From: a virus
IMG/VR virus record: IMGVR_UViG_3300025536_000013
Location: 1-64,000 of that record
DNA length: 64,000 bases
Reading direction: 5' to 3' (one strand)
Shown: in pieces, positions 44,098-50,003 of the stretch
Layout of the letters: each line of letters begins with the position of its first letter
Position numbering within the stretch: the stretch's first letter is position 1
Position numbers and translations under genes: made by a program
The notes under the pieces: model-generated
Told to the model about the DNA's origin: nothing
The model's database searches: none
The model's input: the letters and a program-made list of their open reading frames with translations, nothing else

Positions 44098-44288
44098 CAC
44101 TGCACCTCCTTGTCGATCCGCTCCTGCACCTCGCTGCGGTGGATCTTCACCAGCGGATCAGCCTCGAAGCCGATCCGTACCCGGCCCATGCGGGTGTCCA
44201 CCGCCGTGACCTTGATCGTCTGCGGCGTCAGGCACGGCGGCACCGTGATGGTGACCGATTCCCCTTCCACGCGATTCAAAACAAGCAC
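44097..44288 (-). CDS. csrA: CsrA-family RNA-binding translational regulator
   Basis: AAGGAG lies 6 nt upstream of GTG 44288. (M)LVLNRVEGESVTI...GRVRIGFEADPLVKIHRSEVQERI aligns with CsrA (MLILTRRVGETL...[22 protein letters not shown]). Confidence 0.8.
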   Translation of the reverse strand: MLVLNRVEGESVTITVPPCLTPQTIKVTAVDTRMGRVRIGFEADPLVKIHRSEVQERIDKEVQ

Positions 44289-44340
44289 CTGCGTCTCCTT
44301 ACCCGCGTGTACCGGATGCGCGGCCCCCGTCACAAGGTTC

Positions 44341-44586
44341 CTACCCAGCCTTCCGTGCCTTGGCTGGCGACTGGAGGATCAGCTTCATGCCGACAGCCCT
44401 GGCGATGGCGTGCACGGTCTGGAGCCGTGGATACTGCGTCTCCTCGACCGAGAGGCGGCGGACCGTCTCCTGGCACAATCCAGCCTTGGCCGCAAGACTG
44501 GCATGGTCGAAGCCCAGCTCGAACGCCCGCTGGAACAGCTGGTCTACCAGCTCAGACAGCTCACGAATCTTGCTGAACGCTTGCAC
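44341..44586 (-). CDS. XRE/Cro-type helix-turn-helix regulator
   Basis: AAGGAG lies upstream of the GTG. LAAKAGLCQETVRRLSVEETQYPRLQTVHAIARAVG fits the HTH_3 pattern. Confidence 0.6.
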   Translation of the reverse strand: MQAFSKIRELSELVDQLFQRAFELGFDHASLAAKAGLCQETVRRLSVEETQYPRLQTVHAIARAVGMKLILQSPAKARKAG

Positions 44587-44649
44587 GGTCTAGCTCCTTC
44601 ACGTTGTAGATGAGCAAGGGAGGACTGACGCGCCTCCCCGATGCGGCTT

Positions 44650-44955
44650 CTACCTTTCGTCTCCCGAGCCATGGAGCTTGCCACGCTCTTTGCGGGAGGC
44701 AAGCTTGTCAAGGTTAATCTGAGCCACATCGGAGAGGCTCCAGCCACAGTCGCTGCACAGGTTAGCAATGTACCAGAGCACATCACCGAGCTCCTTCTTC
44801 ACGAGCTCTTCCGGCCACTCATCATCTCGGAGCTGTTTCTTCACGAGCTCCAATACTTCGCCTGCCTCGCCGCCGAGTCCGAGGGCTGGATACAGTATAG
44901 GCTGTTTGTAGATCGCAGTCTCTCGTGCTCGGCTCTGATACTCGTCGAATGTCAT
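44650..44955 (-). CDS. MazG-like nucleoside triphosphate pyrophosphohydrolase
   Basis: [14 protein letters not shown]...[16 protein letters not shown]...[12 protein letters not shown]...[21 protein letters not shown] is the classic MazG pattern. Confidence 0.8.
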   Translation of the reverse strand: MTFDEYQSRARETAIYKQPILYPALGLGGEAGEVLELVKKQLRDDEWPEELVKKELGDVLWYIANLCSDCGWSLSDVAQINLDKLASRKERGKLHGSGDER

Positions 44956-45221
44956 GCTTTACTCCCTGCCAACTTGTCCAAGAGCATGTCCTCTATCTTA
45001 CGTGTGAGCTCGTCGTCGTGGCGGATTCTCCGCCGGATTATCATGTACGCAGACTCGCAGCTCCCTTCCTCCCAGAGCTCGATGTCCCGCTTCTCGTTGA
45101 AATCGCCGACAGGAGGAAACGCGTCGATGACCGCCTGGACCCAATCTCGGTGTCGCTCGGCTATGGCGCTCACGACATTTCTGCTACAATAATACATCAT
45201 ACGCATGACTAGCTCCCTCAT
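44952..45221 (-). CDS. hypothetical protein
   Basis: The ORF is 89 aa. Start and stop are coupled on both sides. Confidence 0.5.
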   Translation of the reverse strand: MRELVMRMMYYCSRNVVSAIAERHRDWVQAVIDAFPPVGDFNEKRDIELWEEGSCESAYMIIRRRIRHDDELTRKIEDMLLDKLAGSKA

Positions 45222-45874
45222 GACAAAGACCGAATCAACTCGTCGAGTGCGTAGGCATCGAGCTCAGGAGTCGCGACCTTCTTTGCCTTCTGCTTCAAGA
45301 GCTCCTTGCACTTCCAGCACCGCTCAGAAGTCTTGCTGTTAAACTCGCCACATGCCTTACACAGTTTCATCTTTCGAGTCTTTGGCACGTCCTCAACTGG
45401 AGCCATGGCCCCGGAAGAATTGGTCCTGGCAGCGAGCTCCCGGAGCTTGTCACTCCGCCATTTGAACAAGTGCTTCGCTTCGTCGAGGCGAGACTTGACA
45501 TGAAGCGGGTCGCCGTTGACATGGAGGAGCGCGAACAACCAGTCGAGCTGCTTCTGCGTGAGGTAGCATGGCTCAGCGTGTTCGCGGTTCTTCTGCGGCT
45601 TCTCCGGAGGCAAGCGCGGAAGAGGCCCGTCCTCTGGAATCGGGTCCTTGTTCAAGACCCACTGACCGTCTCGCTGCGAGAACCGCAAAGGCTTCTTGCG
45701 TCCAAGCATGTTAACGAGGAACTCGGACCACGGCTTGCGGTCCTCGTGATGAGCAATGTCGTCATGGGTCAGGAGCTCTGCTCCGGCCACCGGCCCGTTA
45801 ACCTGGTCTAGTATCTCCCGTGGGAGATTGTCGGGATCGTAGAACTCGCGTTTGGGCGTCGGTCGATAGCTCAT
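45218..45874 (-). CDS. hypothetical protein with a C-terminal zinc ribbon
   Basis: The ORF is 218 aa. CKACGEFNSKTSERCWKC is present. Confidence 0.55.
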   Translation of the reverse strand: MSYRPTPKREFYDPDNLPREILDQVNGPVAGAELLTHDDIAHHEDRKPWSEFLVNMLGRKKPLRFSQRDGQWVLNKDPIPEDGPLPRLPPEKPQKNREHAEPCYLTQKQLDWLFALLHVNGDPLHVKSRLDEAKHLFKWRSDKLRELAARTNSSGAMAPVEDVPKTRKMKLCKACGEFNSKTSERCWKCKELLKQKAKKVATPELDAYALDELIRSLS

Positions 45875-46332
45875 GCTGTCCTCCCGGCTTTTGTTAGCCC
45901 ACCGTCATGTAACCAAGAACGGTACTTTACCAGTGCGTGGTCATTCGACTCGAGGTCCGTGCGCCCGAGGCACACGAGACCGACTGCATCAGTAACGTAC
46001 GGGCCTGCACCAGGAACTTTGTCGAGGGTCTTGGCCTGCTCCCACACCCTGGATGCCCGACGAAGGAGCGAGGCCCGTCGATGCTGCAGACCGCACGGCC
46101 TGCAGCAAGCGACGAGGTCGTCGTACTCGGCACTCTGCAGCGCCTGGCGCGACGGCCACATCGACAACATGGCGCGCAGGCTAGTCTCAGCCTGGGCCCG
46201 CGTGGCTCGGCTCAGCAGCACAGAGGCTGCGAACACGCGCCAGGCGCACCCGAGACCAGCTTGCAGTATGATCCCGTCCCAGACTGGCGGAGCCTGAGAC
46301 TCCGCCAGCTGGGACATGAGGACGTGTTTCAT
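45871..46332 (-). CDS. HhH-GPD superfamily (EndoIII/MutY-like) DNA glycosylase-like protein
   Basis: ATGA couples it at 46332. LDKVPGAGPYVTDAVGLVCLG is a helix-hairpin-helix plus Gly/Pro loop. A downstream SNDH supplies a candidate catalytic Asp. Confidence 0.6.
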   Translation of the reverse strand: MKHVLMSQLAESQAPPVWDGIILQAGLGCAWRVFAASVLLSRATRAQAETSLRAMLSMWPSRQALQSAEYDDLVACCRPCGLQHRRASLLRRASRVWEQAKTLDKVPGAGPYVTDAVGLVCLGRTDLESNDHALVKYRSWLHDGGLTKAGRTA

Positions 46333-46574
46333 ATTACCCTGTAGCCTCCGCCGCAAATTTGCCTGGACTCACGAAGCACCCGGAAGATCCGCGGCTCGCG
46401 AGTCACTGGCTTCGGTTCAGTCGATGGACGCGGCTTCTTGACAGTCACCCGCTTCTTGGCCGCGCACCCTTCACACAGTCTCTTCGTGCTCAGCCTCTCG
46501 ACTCCACAACTGGTGCACAGTCCCCGCTTGAGGAGACGAGCCTGCCGGAGCTTCGCAGTCTTACTGGTCGCCAT
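46329..46574 (-). CDS. small basic zinc-ribbon protein
   Basis: The start is ATG 46574. CTSCG...CEGC is present. The sequence is K/R-rich. Confidence 0.5.
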   Translation of the reverse strand: MATSKTAKLRQARLLKRGLCTSCGVERLSTKRLCEGCAAKKRVTVKKPRPSTEPKPVTREPRIFRVLRESRQICGGGYRVI

Positions 46575-46602
46575 GAACACCAACTCCCGGAGACCTTCGC
46601 CC

Positions 46603-46664
46603 AGAGTCAACCGTGACTCCGACCCAGGCACCGCCACCGTGGAGGCGGCCTCCGTGGTGCCCTG
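46603..46664 (-). repeat. structured intercistronic RNA element, copy A
   Basis: The short hairpin is GAGTCA-ACCG-TGACTC. The long hairpin has the inner stem CCGCC-ACCGTGGA-GGCGG (plus-strand spelling). It sits between the stop at 46685 and the start at 46574. Confidence 0.7.
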
Positions 46665-46678
46665 CCGGCCGAAGCCGG
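46665..46678 (-). other. post-stop UUCG-tetraloop hairpin
   Basis: On the - strand RNA it reads CCGGC-UUCG-GCCGG. It starts 7 nt after the stop at 46685. No U-tract follows. Confidence 0.55.
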
Positions 46679-46684
46679 CACCTT

Positions 46685-47563
46685 TCAGAAGGCATCAATC
46701 ACTGCCTGCAGTCGAGCGAGCTTCGCCTTGACTGCAGCACTCTGTTCTGTGGATAGAGCCTCTCCCTCCACGCCATCGCCTGTAGAATCGCCCCGAGGGA
46801 CGACGACCGTGGGCGCTGGGCTCTTGAGTTCGCCGATCGGATACCCACCCTCCAACAAAGCATCGCGGAGGGCGAACCACGGCGCGTCTCCATGCGGATC
46901 CTGCCGAATCGCTGCACAGAGCTGTGGGACTGGGTAGCGGTACGCGTTGGCAAAGCTCGGCGCTCCCTCGGCATACTGGGCGGGACCGTAGTACAAGCCC
47001 CAATGATCGGCGCACACCGGACCGTAGCCTAGAGCCTTGCTCGTCGGATCTTCCAGCGGCATGTTGCAATAGCAGCACCGATTAAGGTCCTTGCTGCACT
47101 GCGCCATGAAGTCCACCGGATCGCCACCGTTGAGCTGGTTGAAGAACGCCCTCTCGGCTGGAAGCAGCTCCCGGCGGTCGTTCACGAGAAAGTTCCCGTT
47201 CACGAAGCACCCGGCGTACTCTTCATTGCCGACGGGGTCCTTGGTTCCTGGGTCCAGCTGACCGGTCTTGAGGCACACGGTGCCACGTCGACTGAGGTAC
47301 AGCTTGAACCGACGGTCCAAGTACGACACGCGAATGGAGGGACGCTTGAGACCCCGCCCGATGGCCACGAGGAAAGAGTCACAGACGAACTGAATGGCAG
47401 TGCCGACCTTCACGGTGTCGCGGCCTGCGCCGCATGCCCGGTGGAGGTGGAACCACAGCCAGTGCTGATCGTTCTCGTGGAGACGGAGGAACTCGTCAAT
47501 AACTTGACGATGAGAGAAGCGGGAGTTGATGATCTCCCCTGTGCGATCGTTTCTGACTTGCAT
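46685..47563 (-). CDS. DUF6011-like protein with a C-terminal TIGR02996-like module
   Basis: CCYCNMPLEDPTSKALGYGPVCADHWG fits the C.C..L..P.S...G.GP.C pattern. The C-terminus has LCAAIRQDPHGDAPWFALRDALLEGG. Confidence 0.6.
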   Translation of the reverse strand: MQVRNDRTGEIINSRFSHRQVIDEFLRLHENDQHWLWFHLHRACGAGRDTVKVGTAIQFVCDSFLVAIGRGLKRPSIRVSYLDRRFKLYLSRRGTVCLKTGQLDPGTKDPVGNEEYAGCFVNGNFLVNDRRELLPAERAFFNQLNGGDPVDFMAQCSKDLNRCCYCNMPLEDPTSKALGYGPVCADHWGLYYGPAQYAEGAPSFANAYRYPVPQLCAAIRQDPHGDAPWFALRDALLEGGYPIGELKSPAPTVVVPRGDSTGDGVEGEALSTEQSAAVKAKLARLQAVIDAF

Positions 47564-47650
47564 TTCACTTGCCTCCCGAGGACCACTGGCCTCATCAGCG
47601 CGGTCAGATGAACCGCGGACCGTGACTCATGGGTCACGGTTTCGGCCTCA

Positions 47651-48094
47651 CTACTGCAACGCCTCCAGCACCTTGCCGAGGTGCAACGGACTGAAGTCTC
47701 GGTACCAGATCCGCAGCTCCGTCTGAGATCGATTGGTCAGCCGCACCCTTGCGAACCGATCATCCCACGACAACACGCGGCCGAGGAGGCCGGCGTACCG
47801 TCGCGGTCGATAGTGCATCGGGAGACTGACCAGCGTGCCAGCTGGAATCGAAGCATGGAGCTTGGCAGTCTCGGCGAGGTGCTCTTCGTTCTGGATGTGA
47901 TTCTGGCGCTTGCGGATGGCTTGGGCTAACTTTGGCAGCTCGACATCGTAGTCTCCGCTCGCGACAGCAGCGAGCATGGTCCGGAGCTCGGGCCACTGGC
48001 CTTGCTCCAAGAGTGCATCTCGCAGGGCGAAGAGGCAGTCCTCGCCGTTGGCATATGCGGCGAATAGGTCTTCGATCACTGGGACACCTCCCAT
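47651..48094 (-). CDS. protein with a TIGR02996-like N-terminal module
   Basis: IEDLFAAYANGEDCLFALRDALLEQGQWPE is present in a 147-aa ORF. Confidence 0.55.
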   Translation of the reverse strand: MGGVPVIEDLFAAYANGEDCLFALRDALLEQGQWPELRTMLAAVASGDYDVELPKLAQAIRKRQNHIQNEEHLAETAKLHASIPAGTLVSLPMHYRPRRYAGLLGRVLSWDDRFARVRLTNRSQTELRIWYRDFSPLHLGKVLEALQ

Positions 48095-48348
48095 CCGTGC
48101 CTTCGTGCCCAGCGCCTGAGCTCAGCTACAGTCTTCTTGACTGCTTTGCCGTCATCGACCGGAGTCTTGACGCTGACATGACGTGCCTGAAGCGTGTGTT
48201 CGAGCACAGACGTCTTGCAACGCTCGGAGAATTGACGCTTGGCGTCTTTCAGACTCGATGCCCTGACGACGTCATAGCATCGAACTGCTTCCGTGCCATC
48301 GGTCCATCGCTTCCAGAACGTGATGCAATATGTCTTGTTCATCTTCAC
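48076..48348 (-). CDS. hypothetical small protein
   Basis: GGGAGGTAAGTGAAG lies upstream of ATG 48348. The ORF is 90 aa. Confidence 0.5.
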   Translation of the reverse strand: MKMNKTYCITFWKRWTDGTEAVRCYDVVRASSLKDAKRQFSERCKTSVLEHTLQARHVSVKTPVDDGKAVKKTVAELRRWARRHGWEVSQ

Positions 48349-48371
48349 TTACCTCCCTGCAGCTCTCAGCA

Positions 48372-48428
48372 GTGACACCCTCGTGTCACTCCCAGGTCCG
48401 CCACCGTGGAGGCGGCTGCATAGGACCC
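48372..48428 (-). repeat. structured intercistronic RNA element, copy B
   Basis: The short hairpin is GTGACAC-CCTC-GTGTCAC. The long hairpin has the inner stem CCGCC-ACCGTGGA-GGCGG and the outer stem GGTCC/GGACC. Confidence 0.7.
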
Positions 48429-48432
48429 GAGC

Positions 48433-48450
48433 CCGCGGCCGAAGCCGCGG
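48433..48450 (-). other. post-stop UUCG-tetraloop hairpin
   Basis: On the - strand RNA it reads CCGCGGC-UUCG-GCCGCGG. It starts 9 nt after the stop at 48459. Confidence 0.55.
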
Positions 48451-48458
48451 ACCATCGA

Positions 48459-48968
48459 CTACTTCAGAGCGGCGAGCAGCTTCTGGAGCTCCTCGGCCTG
48501 CTTCTTGAGCTCAGCCTTCTGCTCCGGGGTGTAGCTCTTCGCCGCCTCGGTGCGCTCCTCGGGGCTCATCTTGCTGAGCTTGAGGAGTTCGCTCTGGCCA
48601 CCGGCGCGCGGGGCGCGAGGCGCCTTGCCGATCTCGACCACCTCGACGCCCGCCATCTGCATGAACAGCGGGCCGATGTGGATGTTGCCATGCGCCACCG
48701 TGAAGTACGTCCCCTTCTCGATGCCCTTCGGCACGTTGACGCGGAAGGCCCGGGCCGGACCCTGCGTCCGCTTGCTTGCCTCGGCGACGGCCTCGGCCTC
48801 GGTCTTGAAGAATGCCGGCCAGCTCTCGATGGCGGGCCGCGCCTTCTTGCCGGGCTCCTTGGCCTTGTTCGCATCGACGGCAGCCTTCGCGGCGTCGACA
48901 GCGGCCTTGGCGGCATCGGTGGGGTTCGCGACGTTGGTGGACATGCTGGACTTCTCCTGCTTTGCCAT
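48459..48968 (-). CDS. hypothetical K/A/E-rich protein
   Basis: GGGAGGTAAGTACC lies upstream of ATG 48968. The ORF is 169 aa. Confidence 0.55.
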   Translation of the reverse strand: MAKQEKSSMSTNVANPTDAAKAAVDAAKAAVDANKAKEPGKKARPAIESWPAFFKTEAEAVAEASKRTQGPARAFRVNVPKGIEKGTYFTVAHGNIHIGPLFMQMAGVEVVEIGKAPRAPRAGGQSELLKLSKMSPEERTEAAKSYTPEQKAELKKQAEELQKLLAALK

Positions 48969-48995
48969 GGTACTTACCTCCCAGAGAGCCTCAGT

Positions 48996-49057
48996 CACCG
49001 AGCGAAGTGCTCGGTGTCCAGGGACCGCCGACGTGGAGGCGGCTCTCTATGGTCCCC
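48996..49057 (-). repeat. structured intercistronic RNA element, copy C
   Basis: The short hairpin is CACCGAGC-GAAGT-GCTCGGTG. The long hairpin has the inner stem CCGCC-GACGTGGA-GGCGG and the outer stem GGGACC/GGTCCC. Confidence 0.7.
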
Positions 49058-49125
49058 ATGGGGCTATTGCCCCTGACTCCGTAAAGCATCTCGGAGTCTC
49101 TGCTTGTCAGGCGTGACGCGCCTGG

Positions 49126-49139
49126 ACGCCCGAAGGCGT
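49126..49139 (-). other. post-stop UUCG-tetraloop hairpin
   Basis: On the - strand RNA it reads ACGCC-UUCG-GGCGU. It starts 8 nt after the stop at 49147. Three more hairpins follow before copy C. Confidence 0.5.
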
Positions 49140-49146
49140 TTCGACC

Positions 49147-49398
49147 TTAGTTCCTCGAGTCGTGGCCGGTGGCGCGCCAGAGGTAGTAGGGCAGGGTGCT
49201 GCCCTTGCCGGCGTCCGGGCAGCCGTAGTAGGCCCGGATGTCGGACCACGACATGTAGGTGCGCATGTCGTCGATCATGTCGCCGACCCGGACGCACTCG
49301 GACAGGCTGCCGAACCGGTCGATCATCAGCTGAGACACGCAGTGGGTCGTGGTGGAGGGGCGGGTGGAGCGAGTGTAGATAGTGCGATTGCGGAACAT
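49147..49398 (-). CDS. hypothetical small protein
   Basis: The ORF is 83 aa. It is the first gene downstream of the long non-coding control region. Confidence 0.5.
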   Translation of the reverse strand: MFRNRTIYTRSTRPSTTTHCVSQLMIDRFGSLSECVRVGDMIDDMRTYMSWSDIRAYYGCPDAGKGSTLPYYLWRATGHDSRN

Positions 49399-49426
49399 AG
49401 TAGTGTCTTCCCGAGAGTCTCAGTCA

Positions 49427-49486
49427 GTGACACACCCGTGTCACTGTCCAGGGATCGCCAACGTGGAGGCGACTCTCATGATCCCC
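49427..49486 (-). repeat. structured RNA element, copy D (in the leader of 49398)
   Basis: The short hairpin is GTGACAC-ACCC-GTGTCAC. The long hairpin has the inner stem TCGCC-AACGTGGA-GGCGA, a compensatory change relative to CCGCC/GGCGG. The outer stem is GGGATC/GATCCC. Confidence 0.7.
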
Positions 49487-49800
49487 TACCGTGCTGGGCG
49501 CACGGCGGGAGGAAGTAAGTGTTTGTTGAGATCACACCTGCCCGTACCATCAGGCCCTTGCACCTTTGTGTCCCTCTCGTCGGGGAGCGGTTGGATGGGA
49601 CCCCATCACCCGCTCGACCCTCAAGGGTTTCCAGTGTTCCAGTGTATCGGACCGAGATCGTGTGGAGGGAGTTCCCCTTTCACAGCTCCTCGGGCCCTAA
49701 CTCTGGGGCTCCGGTGTGATCAAGTTGTCAAAGATACAGTCGTGACCCGTCAGGGTCCCCGGTTCTCACCCCGGGTAGTGTGTTGTTCTCTTCTACCTCT

Positions 49801-49828
49801 ATCCTACCACACCCTGGTGGCGTGTCAA
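49801..49828 (-). promoter_or_regulatory. sigma70-like promoter P1 (leftward)
   Basis: The - strand reads TTGACA-N16-TAGGAT. It is one of two about-30-nt direct repeats that share CCAGGGT in the spacer. Confidence 0.45.
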
Positions 49829-49882
49829 GTGTTTTGTCGTCTTTTCCTCCGGGTCGTGTTGTCGTCTCATCACTACATCCCT

Positions 49883-49910
49883 ATCTTATCACGACCCTGG
49901 GGGATGTCCA
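49883..49910 (-). promoter_or_regulatory. sigma70-like promoter P2 (leftward)
   Basis: The - strand reads TGGACA-N16-TAAGAT. It is the direct-repeat partner of P1, 82 bp upstream. Confidence 0.4.
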
Positions 49911-50003
49911 ACGGAAAATATGATTTGTACAGAAAATTTTAAGCTGTTACAGGGTAATGACTTAGGTCAAATATCCAGCTCAAACCAAGACTCGAACCAG
50001 AGA

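Noticed and set aside
46603-49486. Could the four repeated ~60-nt elements be a CRISPR array?
   Set aside because: The copies are 0.4-1.8 kb apart and separated by protein-coding genes. They are imperfect, with compensatory stem changes, and each sits in a gene leader. None of this is consistent with a CRISPR repeat-spacer structure.
49983-50003. GGTTCGAGTC (T-loop-like) on the - strand just after the stop of 50004-51065
   Set aside because: The flanking bases cannot form a 5-bp T-stem (TCTGG versus CTTGG). No acceptor pairing is present.
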